Shown here in pieces: positions 10,465 through 21,228 of a stretch of 64,000 nt of DNA. Position 1 is the first letter of the stretch. Every line of letters begins with the position of its first letter. Source of the stretch: a bacterium (GTDB taxonomy: Bacteria; SM23-31); contig OZ252239.1 of assembly GCA_965249485.1 (NCBI GenBank), positions 576,001-640,000 on the forward strand, given 5' to 3'. The notes beneath the pieces were generated by a model. It saw nothing but the letters and a program-made list of their open reading frames with translations, made no database searches and was not told the origin of the DNA. The translations under genes and the position numbers were made by a program.

Positions 10465-11763
10465 ATGATTATTAAATCAGTTGAGAAAGACTGTCTTGCC
10501 TCTGCTCTGGGATTGCAGAAGGGAGACGATATTATTAGCATAAATAATGAGCCCGTCCGGGATGTCATAGACTATCAATTTAACATTTCCGATTCGAAGT
10601 TGCAGTTGAAAGTCCGGCGGGACAGAGAAATTTTCGAGCTTGAATGCGAAAATGAGGAATATGATGATCTGGGGATTGTATTTGAAGAGATAAAGTACCG
10701 TCATTGCGGAAGTGATTGTCCTTTTTGCTTTGTTGATCAAAATCCACAAGGGTTACGGAAGGCTCTCTATTTCCGGGATGAAGATTTCCGTCTCTCATTT
10801 ATGCATGGAAGCTATTTCACGCTCAACAATGTAAGTAAAGGAGACTTAAAACGTATCATAAAACAGCGTTTGAGTCCCCTTTATATCTCTGTCCATGCTC
10901 TTGACAGGAGTGTCCGGAATTTTTTGTTTGGAGTTGAACGTGACGACAGATTACTTGAAAAAATTGAATTGCTTACGGATAACGATATCGAATTGCATAC
11001 ACAAGTTGTTCTCTGTCCGGGAATTAACGACGGCGACATTTTGCATGACACTATTGAAGGGCTTGAGAAGTTTTTTCCCGGTATTCGTTCCGTTGCACTC
11101 GTTCCGCTGGGATTGACAAAATACCGGGAGGGATTATTTGAGTTTCAAACGGTAACACCTGACTATGCTCGGAACCTGATCCCGGAAATCCATGCGCTGC
11201 AGGAAAAAAAGCTCAAGCAACTCGGTGAACGGTATGTCTACCTTTCAGACGAATGGTATTTGAAAGCGGGCAAGCAGCTCCCATCGCTAAAACATTATGG
11301 TGATCTGTTTCAGCTTGAAAACGGCGTAGGTCTTACTCGGCAATTTATCCATACGATTTCAAAGCAAAAATCGGTTTTTAAGCGCTCGATTTCACCGGAA
11401 AAGAAACTGACAATCCTGACAGGCACATTGGCTTACCCAATTTTACTCAAATATCTTGTACCGGTTTTGGAACAGGCTGCAGGATTGTCGGTGAAAGTTG
11501 TCGGAGTGGTCAATGAGTTTTACGGCCACTCGATCGATGTGAGCGGACTGCTTTCAGGAAGTGATTTCATCAGGACAATTAATGCCGATGATGAGAAGGC
11601 CGATATCTATTTGCTTCCGCCGAATTGTCTCAATCCAGACGGCTATACTCTTGACGATGAAACCGAAGATACAATAATGAAAAAAACGGGACAACATGTC
11701 CGACGCTATTCCGGTGATCTTCAAGATATTTGCGAAGTTGTGGAAAGTGCTTCATGCAATTAA
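10465..11763 (+). CDS. PDZ + DUF512 radical-SAM-like Fe-S protein
   Basis: N-terminal PDZ-like GLQKGDDIISIN; CGSDCPFCFVDQ (CxxxCxxC); QLENGVG; sits upstream of der as in many bacteria. Confidence 0.88.
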   Translation: MIIKSVEKDCLASALGLQKGDDIISINNEPVRDVIDYQFNISDSKLQLKVRRDREIFELECENEEYDDLGIVFEEIKYRHCGSDCPFCFVDQNPQGLRKALYFRDEDFRLSFMHGSYFTLNNVSKGDLKRIIKQRLSPLYISVHALDRSVRNFLFGVERDDRLLEKIELLTDNDIELHTQVVLCPGINDGDILHDTIEGLEKFFPGIRSVALVPLGLTKYREGLFEFQTVTPDYARNLIPEIHALQEKKLKQLGERYVYLSDEWYLKAGKQLPSLKHYGDLFQLENGVGLTRQFIHTISKQKSVFKRSISPEKKLTILTGTLAYPILLKYLVPVLEQAAGLSVKVVGVVNEFYGHSIDVSGLLSGSDFIRTINADDEKADIYLLPPNCLNPDGYTLDDETEDTIMKKTGQHVRRYSGDLQDICEVVESASCN

Positions 11764-11800
11764 CTTAGAAACGATGTTATTACTTTAGTGGAAGTACAGT

Positions 11801-13111
11801 ATGTCAACACCATTTGTTGCAATTGTCGGCAGGCCGAACGTTGGTAAATCGACCCTATTTAACCGAATCATTCAGAAAAGGAAAGCAATCGTAGATGCGC
11901 AGTCGGGTGTAACACGTGACCGACATTACGAAGAGACCGACTGGAACGGAAGGCCGTTTACACTAGTAGATACGGGTGGTTATCTCGCACATTTTGAAAA
12001 CGATATCGATCAAGGCATCCGGTTTCAGGTTGAAGAAGCGATCAATGAGGCGGATGTTGTCCTTCTTGCAGTTGATGTCAGAACTGGCATAGTTAAGGAA
12101 GACAAAATCATTGCAGATATGCTTTTGAAGAGTGGAAAACCGACGCTGGTTGTTGCTAATAAAGTTGATTCTGCAAAGACAGAAGCTGACAGCATGGAGT
12201 TTATCCGTCTTGGATTTGGAGAGCCGAGCGTGATTTCTGCTCTGCATGGCAGAAAAGTTGGCGACATGCTCGACAGGATTACTGAAATGCTGCCTGACAG
12301 CACAAAGTCTTTCCAGGGCGATGATGCTATTTCGATTGCAATTGTCGGTAAACCAAATGTAGGAAAATCCTCGCTTGTCAACGGTTTTTTGGGAAAAGAG
12401 AAAATGCTTGTCACCGATATTCCAGGTACAACGCGGGACTCGGTTGATTCATATTTCAATAGAGAAGGCCAGGTTTATCGACTGATCGATACTGCGGGGT
12501 TGAGGAAACGGAGGAAAGTTTACGAAAATATCGAGTATTACAGCACAATCCGTTCTATAAGGAGCATTGACCAGTGTCATGTTGTTGTTGTTGTATTGGA
12601 TTCGCAGGATGGCTTGCAGATTCAGGATTTAAAAATTATTGACATGGCGGTGAAGGCAAGACGGGGAATCGTTATTGCGCTCAATAAGTGGGACCTAATC
12701 GAAAAGGACACGCATACGTATATCACACAGGAAAAGGAGATTAAAGAAAAACTCGGTCTAAATAACTATATCGAGGTGATCTCAATTTCTGCATTAACAC
12801 GACAGCGAATGCTAAAGCTTTTAGATGTGTGCAAACAGGTTTATTCGGAATGGGGAAAAACAGTTGAAACACACAATCTTAACGAATTGCTTCAAAGTCT
12901 GATAAAGAAGTATCATCCCCCATCATTCAGAGGGAAACAAATAACAATAAAGTACTGTACCCAGACAAAATCGGCACCTCCAGTTTTTACGTTTTTCGCA
13001 AATCATCCTCACGCAATACCTGAATCGTACCGACGATATATAGTAAACACAATGCGGGAAGCATACGGATTTTCCGGTGTTCCTTTTACCATACAAATGA
13101 AGAAAAAATAG
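11801..13111 (+). CDS. der: ribosome biogenesis GTPase Der (EngA)
   Basis: two G domains: GRPNVGKS/DTGG/NKVD and GKPNVGKS/DTAG/NKWD. Confidence 0.98.
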   Translation: MSTPFVAIVGRPNVGKSTLFNRIIQKRKAIVDAQSGVTRDRHYEETDWNGRPFTLVDTGGYLAHFENDIDQGIRFQVEEAINEADVVLLAVDVRTGIVKEDKIIADMLLKSGKPTLVVANKVDSAKTEADSMEFIRLGFGEPSVISALHGRKVGDMLDRITEMLPDSTKSFQGDDAISIAIVGKPNVGKSSLVNGFLGKEKMLVTDIPGTTRDSVDSYFNREGQVYRLIDTAGLRKRRKVYENIEYYSTIRSIRSIDQCHVVVVVLDSQDGLQIQDLKIIDMAVKARRGIVIALNKWDLIEKDTHTYITQEKEIKEKLGLNNYIEVISISALTRQRMLKLLDVCKQVYSEWGKTVETHNLNELLQSLIKKYHPPSFRGKQITIKYCTQTKSAPPVFTFFANHPHAIPESYRRYIVNTMREAYGFSGVPFTIQMKKK

Positions 13112-13125
13112 TGCCGATTAATTGA

Positions 13126-14958
13126 ATGGCACATTCTATCGAAAAGGCAGTAAATATGAACGTAACAAGGACTTTCTGCGTTGTATTAGTTTTGTTCTGG
13201 TCTGGAAATGTATTCGGGCAACAGAGCGTTGCACAACTCCATAGCGATTACCTGAATCAGGAGATATCCCTGAAGGAATATGTCGTCAATATTGGGTATG
13301 CTGCGTTCTATCCCGACAGGTTACCTGTACAGTATAAGCAGCTTCATAACCTTCCGAACAAGTGTGCCGTCGAGGCGGTCTATCTTCTAAAATCGAATTT
13401 TGATCTTTTGACATTTGAAGAACAAGAGCTGTTTAAGAACTTTCTCAGCAGACCATCTAAGCCACAATTACCCAAAACATATTTCAGTCCTGAGGGAATG
13501 TTTAAAATCCATTACACCGAGACTGGTACTAATGCAGTGCTTGCGGGAGATGCAAACGAAAATAACATTCCGGACTTTGTCGAAGAGGCCGGAATAGCTC
13601 TTGACAGATCGTACAATTTCTTTATTGCATCTGGTTATCAGCCTCCTCCCGTGGAAACGATAGAGGGAAGTGAATACGATGTTTATTTAAAAAATCAAGG
13701 TTCGGGAGGAGTGTATGGTTCCACGACCGCTGAGACAGACCAACCGGAAACTCCCTGGTTCGATCCTACGAGTTATATCGAGATGAGTAATGATTTTTCT
13801 GATGAATTCCTTTTTACACACGGTTTTGATGCTCTCAGGGTGACTGTTGCACATGAACTCCACCATGCATTTCAATTTGGATACAACTTTAACATAAATG
13901 ACAACCTCTACTTTCATGAGATGACATCAACCTGGTTCGAAGATGTATTGTATGATGATGTTAATGACTATCTTCAATACGTACCCCATGTTATTGGAGA
14001 AGGGAGTCTCAAAAACTCACTCGGTAATAAATTTCCTTTAAGTAGAACACTCCGACAATACGGCATGTCACTATTTTTACATGTGTTTGATAAACGGTTC
14101 GGGGAACTTGGACCTGACTTGTTAGTGAATACCTGGGAAAATATTCGGCTTGGAACAGCAATCGATATACTTGAAGACGTGATCAATGAATCAACCGAGT
14201 CAACCTTCGAAACAGAATTTCATGAATTTTATGTGTGGAATTACTTTACGGGATCTCATGCAGATACAGATTCTTATTATCCTGATGGAGACCTTTATGC
14301 CAACCTTGTTCCAAATCAAGAGATCGAAGTTCAAAATGACACTACCATTGAAATTAGTACCCGTGAACTCTCTTCACAATATATTACGTTTAAGTATGCG
14401 CTCGGCGGCACTTTTGATGTCGAGTTGGAAATTGAGCCTGAAGACCTGGATTTATGGCACGTATCGATTATACTCAATGATAATTCAAATATACCCCAAA
14501 GACGGTCAATTGCATTCAATAATGATGTGACCGGAGTAGTGTCACTTTTTTCGTTCAGTAACGAACCGGAATTGACGGTGATTGCAACGATGACAGGAAA
14601 ATCTCCAAAAAGTTATGGCGCAACGATTTCTCTCAGCATAAATGAGCCACCCGCTCTGTCGAGTAATCTTTTCCCGACTATTCCAAGTCCTGCCAATTTT
14701 AATCTAACCGACCGTATTAAAATACCGTTTGAAATTGATGAGTCAGATGAAGTAGAATTACGCATTTATTCACTTAGCGGCGCACTGATTAAAAGTTTTC
14801 CAAAAGTGTTACTCCCCCCCGCGAAATATGAAGACAACACGCCATTTGAATGGGATGGCATGAGTGATAATAACAAACAGGTCCCCAGCGGGATTTATAT
14901 CTATGTCCTGAATGGTAATAAAATTTTCAAAAGAGAAAAAATGGCGGTGATACGGTAA
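13126..14958 (+). CDS. secreted zinc metalloprotease (MXAN_6640-like) with C-terminal FlgD-Ig-like domain
   Basis: signal peptide; FKIHY; VTVAHELHHAFQFGY..E; C-terminal IYSLSG...WDG....VPSGIYIY. Confidence 0.75.
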   Translation: MAHSIEKAVNMNVTRTFCVVLVLFWSGNVFGQQSVAQLHSDYLNQEISLKEYVVNIGYAAFYPDRLPVQYKQLHNLPNKCAVEAVYLLKSNFDLLTFEEQELFKNFLSRPSKPQLPKTYFSPEGMFKIHYTETGTNAVLAGDANENNIPDFVEEAGIALDRSYNFFIASGYQPPPVETIEGSEYDVYLKNQGSGGVYGSTTAETDQPETPWFDPTSYIEMSNDFSDEFLFTHGFDALRVTVAHELHHAFQFGYNFNINDNLYFHEMTSTWFEDVLYDDVNDYLQYVPHVIGEGSLKNSLGNKFPLSRTLRQYGMSLFLHVFDKRFGELGPDLLVNTWENIRLGTAIDILEDVINESTESTFETEFHEFYVWNYFTGSHADTDSYYPDGDLYANLVPNQEIEVQNDTTIEISTRELSSQYITFKYALGGTFDVELEIEPEDLDLWHVSIILNDNSNIPQRRSIAFNNDVTGVVSLFSFSNEPELTVIATMTGKSPKSYGATISLSINEPPALSSNLFPTIPSPANFNLTDRIKIPFEIDESDEVELRIYSLSGALIKSFPKVLLPPAKYEDNTPFEWDGMSDNNKQVPSGIYIYVLNGNKIFKREKMAVIR

Positions 14959-15034
14959 TCCGTCACTCAATACTTTGATTGATTTTAGATGTTCTATGTT
15001 GTTCATTACTTGGTATAACATGTAAAGCGATAGT

Positions 15035-17212
15035 ATGTTACAATGTAATAGCCGATTTGCAATTTCTTTCGTATTGACATATATTGTTTTAATGAATCCG
15101 GTTTTCAAACCGGATGTTGTATGTGCACAATCCGAATCCCAATCCTATGAGACACTCATTGCTGATGGTGATGAGGCCCTCAGGTCACATCTATACAACC
15201 AAGCACTTGAATTATATAATTCCGCATTGACAGCAGCACCGTTACTTCATGACAATAGTGCATTCCAGTTAAAACTGGCAAAGAGTTTATACCATACTGG
15301 TGATTTCAGCTCAGCTCTCGAGATGCTTACCAAATTAAATACAGCTGGAACTGCCTACAATGAATACATTGATTATTTTATTGGTATGAGCCTGTTCAAA
15401 TCTGGAAGAAATGAAGAAGCTGAGAAGGCATTTTCTCTCTTTCAGAAATCGTATAGGGGCAGCCCTCTCAAGGATGAAGCATCTTATTTAACAGGGTTTC
15501 TGCTGCATAAACGGGGGGAATTCTCAAAATCCAATACGTATCTCCAGCTTTTAGAGAACAAAAGTGGTCTGCAGACCGGAAAAACCGTCGTCCGGTACCT
15601 TGTTGGGCTCAACTATATTTTGTCCGGAGATGAGGAGACTGGAATCAGGAGACTTCTCGACATTATCAGTGCCTCATCTTCGGATACGCTTGCTCTACAC
15701 TCAGCGAATGAGATTATACAGTTACGGGAGAAGAGCTCAACCCCCTTAACTGGGAATGAAACTGTTTTAATTGCTTCGGTTTTTGTTAGTCACGATAAGA
15801 TACGGGAAGCTCGTCGTCTTATTGACCGCTATTTCAGCGAAAATCCCGCGGGTACATTTATCGGTCGGGCGCATTTCGAGCGGGGCCGGATTCGGTACAT
15901 TCAGAAAATGTACAATGAAGCTGCTGAGGATTTTTCCGCAGCATTTTTGCTCATCAAAGACCCGAAACTGATTCGAGAATCACGACTTAATATTGCTCGG
16001 AGTATGTATTACAGCAGAAACTATACTCAAGCTGAGCAGGAATATGACCGGTATGCACGTGAGTATCCGCTTGACAACAAAGCCGCAGAAGCTCTCTGGA
16101 TTGTCGCACTCAATTACGAGCGGCGAAACGAACTGCTGAAGGCGGCCGAAGCGTATCAACGGGTTGCATCCAAAAACGCACCGAACAATTACCGTTTTAG
16201 AGCACTGTTCAAGATAGGTTTCTGCTGGTACAAGAGCGATCTCCTTACAAAGTCAAATCAATATTTCAAAGAGCTTCAGTCACTCCACCCGGGTACATCA
16301 TTAGCTCTTCAGGCAGCCTTCTGGGAAGCAAAAGCATTAGAAAAATTAGGGAGAACCGAACAGTCCCGATCGTTGTTGGAGCAGCTGGCTCAGCGAAAAG
16401 AACTCAATTACTATGTAATTGCTGCGCGCAAAAAAATTGGAACTCCATTTTATAAGAATGGCGAGTCTATCAAACTTGAGTTCGATTCATCATCTGAAAA
16501 ACTGCAATCAATAGTTACTATCGGCCTTATCTTCGGTGAGCCATGGGGATCACTGGAATTGAAGCAGTTCAGAAGCAGTTTCGGCAGTTCTCAGGAAAAA
16601 CTTATAGATATACACAGCGCTTATGTTGCAATGGGCGCATACAATGAAGCTGTCCGACTGGCAGATTTAATTTATAATCGATACTATTACGGTACGAACA
16701 ATAATGTTCTCCGGGCGCTCTACCCGAAGTATTATCAAAACCAGTTGGCTTCAATTTCCGATGCTCGCAGAGTGGATGAAAATCTTATCTTTAGTGTTAT
16801 ACGGCGTGAGAGCCTTTTTGGTGTTCAGGCAGTTTCGTATGTTGGTGCCATGGGATTGATGCAGCTTATGCCCAAAACAGCTATGACGCTTGCAAAGGGT
16901 CTTAATCTGAAAAACTTTTCTGTAAGTGACGCATTCAGACCCGATATTAATATGATGCTTGGTGTCAGGAATATTCGTGAGCTGATGCAGCGCTTCCGCG
17001 GAGCAATACCGCTTGCTGCGGCTGCTTATAATGCGGGTGACAGTGCAGTGCGCAGGTGGATTGAACGGTATGGTACTGCCGATATGGATGAGTTCATTGA
17101 AAATATTGAATACTCTGAGACCAGAACATTTGTGAAAGAGATACTAAAAAACCACTATTTTTATACGTATCTCTATGACGATCAGAGTGTCACTCCTCCG
17201 GATCATGAATAG
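15035..17212 (+). CDS. TPR-repeat soluble lytic transglycosylase (Slt-like)
   Basis: many TPR-like helices; C-terminal IRRES, GAMGLMQL, AAYNAG, ET..FV. Confidence 0.9.
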   Translation: MLQCNSRFAISFVLTYIVLMNPVFKPDVVCAQSESQSYETLIADGDEALRSHLYNQALELYNSALTAAPLLHDNSAFQLKLAKSLYHTGDFSSALEMLTKLNTAGTAYNEYIDYFIGMSLFKSGRNEEAEKAFSLFQKSYRGSPLKDEASYLTGFLLHKRGEFSKSNTYLQLLENKSGLQTGKTVVRYLVGLNYILSGDEETGIRRLLDIISASSSDTLALHSANEIIQLREKSSTPLTGNETVLIASVFVSHDKIREARRLIDRYFSENPAGTFIGRAHFERGRIRYIQKMYNEAAEDFSAAFLLIKDPKLIRESRLNIARSMYYSRNYTQAEQEYDRYAREYPLDNKAAEALWIVALNYERRNELLKAAEAYQRVASKNAPNNYRFRALFKIGFCWYKSDLLTKSNQYFKELQSLHPGTSLALQAAFWEAKALEKLGRTEQSRSLLEQLAQRKELNYYVIAARKKIGTPFYKNGESIKLEFDSSSEKLQSIVTIGLIFGEPWGSLELKQFRSSFGSSQEKLIDIHSAYVAMGAYNEAVRLADLIYNRYYYGTNNNVLRALYPKYYQNQLASISDARRVDENLIFSVIRRESLFGVQAVSYVGAMGLMQLMPKTAMTLAKGLNLKNFSVSDAFRPDINMMLGVRNIRELMQRFRGAIPLAAAAYNAGDSAVRRWIERYGTADMDEFIENIEYSETRTFVKEILKNHYFYTYLYDDQSVTPPDHE

Positions 17213-17372
17213 TCGGAACCAATTGTTCTGAAATAGAAATATGCACAATTTGTAATTTTAGCTTGCCTAAAAAGGTAATTTATTGTTACTTTGTAGAAAA
17301 TCCTATCCCACTTTTTTGCAATTCGCTTCGATAATCACATTTTCACTCCATAGAATTACCGGGAGACCCATC

Positions 17373-18068
17373 ATGGCAGAGAAAAAAAAGGCTACCACGA
17401 AAAAAAAATCTGACGATCGGACAGCCGATCAAGATTATAAGCGGATTTTCCGATCATCGTCGGATAAGATGATTGCAGGTATTTGCGGTGGACTGGCGGA
17501 ATATTTCGGTATTGATCCTACACTTATCCGCATTATATTTGTGATTCTCTGTTTCATCAGTGGCACTGGGCTGATTGTATATTTGATTGGGTGGATTATT
17601 ATACCAGTGCAAGAAGATACTGCCAACTCTCCTTCAACATCTTCGTCCACACTGATCGGTACTATCATCGGCGCTTTGATTATTCTGTGGGGCTTTAGCC
17701 TCATGTTCAGAGACTGGCTCTGGATACCGCACTGGTTCGACATAATGACATTCTGGCGATTCATATTCTCGCTCATTGTAATCGGTGTGGGAGTTGTTGT
17801 TCTGACAAAAACTCTTCAGAAAAGAGATGAAGCCGATGAAGAGAGACCAAAGGCTCATACTACGTCGAAAATCCTCTATCGGTCTACAACCAATAAACGG
17901 TTAAGCGGTGTTTGCGGGGGAATTGGAGAGTATTATTCTATTGACCCGACTGTTGTGCGGATTCTTTGGATTATCGGAACACTCATTTCACACGTCCTGC
18001 CGGGCATTATTATATATTTTGTTATGGCGTATATTGTTCCTGAAGCACCGGTAACAAATCAGAAATAA
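17373..18068 (+). CDS. tandem PspC-domain membrane protein
   Basis: two PspC motifs (RSSSDKMIAGICGGLAEYFGIDPT; RSTTNKRLSGVCGGIGEYYSIDPT); ATG at 17373 behind GGGAG. Confidence 0.9.
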   Translation: MAEKKKATTKKKSDDRTADQDYKRIFRSSSDKMIAGICGGLAEYFGIDPTLIRIIFVILCFISGTGLIVYLIGWIIIPVQEDTANSPSTSSSTLIGTIIGALIILWGFSLMFRDWLWIPHWFDIMTFWRFIFSLIVIGVGVVVLTKTLQKRDEADEERPKAHTTSKILYRSTTNKRLSGVCGGIGEYYSIDPTVVRILWIIGTLISHVLPGIIIYFVMAYIVPEAPVTNQK

Positions 18069-18174
18069 TTGTCACAGTGAGCCTGAGCTGATAATAATCT
18101 CCTTATATCCAAACGCACATAGGATTGAACTATTGTTTTGTGTCAGAAGGAGATTGTTTGGTTAGGGCAGTAAT

Positions 18175-21159
18175 TCAGGATGTGACACCGTGACACTTTT
18201 TAAATTTTTTTCCTGATCCGCATGGACAAGGATCGTTCCGTCCAACTTTTTTATCGACGCGAACAGGCTCTTTTTTCCCGCGACGTGCGGCTTCCCGCAT
18301 TTCTGGAGGCTGCTGATAACCGAGTCCCAATGTGTCCTCATGGCTCAGTGTCATATGTTGCGGAGCCTGCATATTAGGCTGCCGGGTCGATTCGACCTGC
18401 GCTTTATAGATAAACGTTACCGCTTCTTCATTTATTTTTGTTAACATCCCCTGAAAAAGAGAAAACGCTTCTTTCTTATATTCTATAAGGGGGTCCTTTT
18501 GGCCGTATGCCCGTAAGTTTACTCCTTCTTTTACCTGATCGAGCTCATAGAGATTTTCTTTCCACTGTTCATCAATGACTTTCAACACAGCAATACGTTC
18601 AAGCTTTCTCATAATTGCAGAGCTGATAGATTCTTCTTTGCGATCATATATCATCCGTGCACTCTTTTTGAGCTCCTCTTCAAATTCTTCCTTTTTGAGT
18701 GTACTTTTCCGTTCTTCAGGTACATTGATATTCAGCAGCATCGTCCGCAAAAAATCGTGCTGAAGCCCTTCCCAATTCCACTCCTCAGCATAAGATTCGG
18801 TAGCAGTGTGCTCATCGAGCGTATCTTCTACAAACTCATCAACCATCTTGACAACATTGTCTTTGAGATTGTCTCCTTTGAGTGCGGAATTTCTCAGGTT
18901 ATAAATCACTTCACGCTGCTTGTTCATTACATCGTCGTATTCGAGGAGATGCTTTCTGATACTGAAGTTGTGACCTTCGACTTTTTTCTGAGCACGCTCT
19001 ATCGATTTTGTGATCATAGCATGTTGAATCACTTCTCCGTCTTCAGCTCCAAGCCGGTCCATAACCCGTGCAATGCGGTCCGATCCGAATAAACGCATGA
19101 GGTCGTCTTCGAGACTTAGAAAAAACCGAGATGATCCGGGATCTCCCTGTCGGGCACACCGTCCTCGCAGCTGGAGATCGATTCTTCGTGCTTCGTGACG
19201 CTCAGTCCCGATGATATGGAGGCCTCCAGCATCTTTTACACCTTGTCCCAATTTAATGTCGGTTCCACGTCCGGCCATGTTTGTTGCAATAGTCACACTC
19301 CCCGATCGTCCGGCATTTGCCACAATTTCCGCTTCACTCTGGTGCTGTTTTGCATTTAGAACGGAGTGTTTGATGCCTTTGCGCTTTAACATTCTGCTCA
19401 GTGTTTCCGACACATCAACACTGATAGTACCGACAAGGACGGGTCGACCCTTAGAAATCATTTCCTCAATTTCAACAATGACGGCATTATATTTTTCTCG
19501 TTTGGTACGGAATATCTGGTCGTTATAATTGCTCCGAGCAACTTCTCTGTTGGTAGGAATTGCCGTGCAGTCCAATTTATAAATTTCCCAAAATTCACTC
19601 GCTTCAGTGATTGCCGTTCCGGTCATTCCTGCAAGTTTGTTATAGAGACGAAAATAATTTTGCAGGGTGATGGTTGCAAGCGTCTGGGATTCGCGCTCAA
19701 TTTTAACATTCTCTTTCGCTTCCAGCGCCTGATGGAGTCCGTCCGAGTACCTTCTGCCCGGGAGCAATCTTCCGGTAAACTCATCGACAATCATCACCTT
19801 ACCGTCCTGGACTACATACTCATCATCCTTTTCATAAAGCGAGTATGCCCGGAATAGTTGCGATATATTCTGGTTCTGCTCAGAACGTTGATTGTATGTT
19901 TCCTGAATTTCCTGTTTTTTACGTGCTTTCGTTTCGTCATCGATCGATTCATCAGCGTCAATATCATGAATTTCTTCGTTGATATTGGGCAGCACAAACA
20001 TTTCAGGATTATTCGGCGCCATGTACTCTCTGCCCTTTTCAGTCAAGTCTGCTATATGCCTCTTTTCATCGACCGTGAAATAAAGCTGTTCATCAATTTC
20101 ATGTAATTTCTTGTCGCGTATATAGTCGTTTTCAACAGTCTGTACCAGTCGTTTCACACCCGGTTCATGGAGCAATTTTGTGAGCCGCTTGTTTTTCGGC
20201 GCTCCCTTGCTTGCCTTCAACAGCTCTATACCGGCTTCATAATCTTTTTCTTCCTTAAAAAACCGTTCGGCATTTTGTACAAGGCTGTTAACAAATCCAG
20301 ATTGAGCTTTAACTGTCCGTTCAACCAAGGGTTTCAGCTTGTCGTACATCTGTGTGGAAACCGCAACCGGACCTGAAATAATAAGCGGAGTCCGGGCTTC
20401 ATCAACTAGAACCGAGTCAACTTCATCAACAATTGCAAAGTTGTGTTTTCGCTGCACCTGGTCTTCCGGGCGGATTGACATATTATCGCGTAGATAATCA
20501 AAACCAAATTCATTATTGGTACCGTAGGTTATGTCACAACCGTAAATTTCTCTCCGCTCCTGGGATGTCATTGTATTCAATATACAGCCGACTGTTAGTC
20601 CCAAATACTGAAAGATTTGTCCCATCCATTCGCTGTCGCGTGCAGCAAGATAGTCATTTACCGTGACAAGATGAACACCCCGCCCCGTCAGCGCATTCAG
20701 GTAGATGGGCATCGTAGCAACGAGCGTTTTCCCTTCTCCTGTCGCCATTTCTGCAATTTTTCCCTGATGGAGAACAATTGCGCCAACAATCTGAACATCA
20801 TAAGGGACCATGTCCCATTCGGTCGAGATTTCCCGAACATTCCACACTTTCCCGACATGCCGTTTACATGCTTGTTTGACAAGTGCAAATGCTTCCGGCA
20901 ATATCTCGTCAAGTAGCTCTTCTTCCGCTTCAAGCACCGCATGTTCAATGTCGTCGGCAGATTCACCGTCCATCTCTGCTCGTACTGCGTCACCAACTTC
21001 GGCAATACGTTTCCTAAAAGCCTCTGTTTTACTTGGAAAATCTTCGGGTTGTAAGGCGTCGTATTCGTCATACAATCGATTCACTTCTTCAACAAGTGGT
21101 TTGACTTTTTTTATATCACGAAGGTCTTTGTCACCAAAAATTTTTGTTAGGATACCCAT
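18175..21159 (-). CDS. secA: preprotein translocase ATPase SecA
   Basis: EMATGEGKT, DEVDSVLVDEARTPLIISG, TNMAGRGTDI, C-terminal SEC-C CPCGSGKKFKKCH. Confidence 0.99.
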   Translation of the reverse strand: MGILTKIFGDKDLRDIKKVKPLVEEVNRLYDEYDALQPEDFPSKTEAFRKRIAEVGDAVRAEMDGESADDIEHAVLEAEEELLDEILPEAFALVKQACKRHVGKVWNVREISTEWDMVPYDVQIVGAIVLHQGKIAEMATGEGKTLVATMPIYLNALTGRGVHLVTVNDYLAARDSEWMGQIFQYLGLTVGCILNTMTSQERREIYGCDITYGTNNEFGFDYLRDNMSIRPEDQVQRKHNFAIVDEVDSVLVDEARTPLIISGPVAVSTQMYDKLKPLVERTVKAQSGFVNSLVQNAERFFKEEKDYEAGIELLKASKGAPKNKRLTKLLHEPGVKRLVQTVENDYIRDKKLHEIDEQLYFTVDEKRHIADLTEKGREYMAPNNPEMFVLPNINEEIHDIDADESIDDETKARKKQEIQETYNQRSEQNQNISQLFRAYSLYEKDDEYVVQDGKVMIVDEFTGRLLPGRRYSDGLHQALEAKENVKIERESQTLATITLQNYFRLYNKLAGMTGTAITEASEFWEIYKLDCTAIPTNREVARSNYNDQIFRTKREKYNAVIVEIEEMISKGRPVLVGTISVDVSETLSRMLKRKGIKHSVLNAKQHQSEAEIVANAGRSGSVTIATNMAGRGTDIKLGQGVKDAGGLHIIGTERHEARRIDLQLRGRCARQGDPGSSRFFLSLEDDLMRLFGSDRIARVMDRLGAEDGEVIQHAMITKSIERAQKKVEGHNFSIRKHLLEYDDVMNKQREVIYNLRNSALKGDNLKDNVVKMVDEFVEDTLDEHTATESYAEEWNWEGLQHDFLRTMLLNINVPEERKSTLKKEEFEEELKKSARMIYDRKEESISSAIMRKLERIAVLKVIDEQWKENLYELDQVKEGVNLRAYGQKDPLIEYKKEAFSLFQGMLTKINEEAVTFIYKAQVESTRQPNMQAPQHMTLSHEDTLGLGYQQPPEMREAARRGKKEPVRVDKKVGRNDPCPCGSGKKFKKCHGVTS

Positions 21160-21228
21160 GAATTTTCTATCCGTTACATTTAATTATTCAGTTATAATGT
21201 CATACAGTAGACTAAGTTCCCAAATGAT

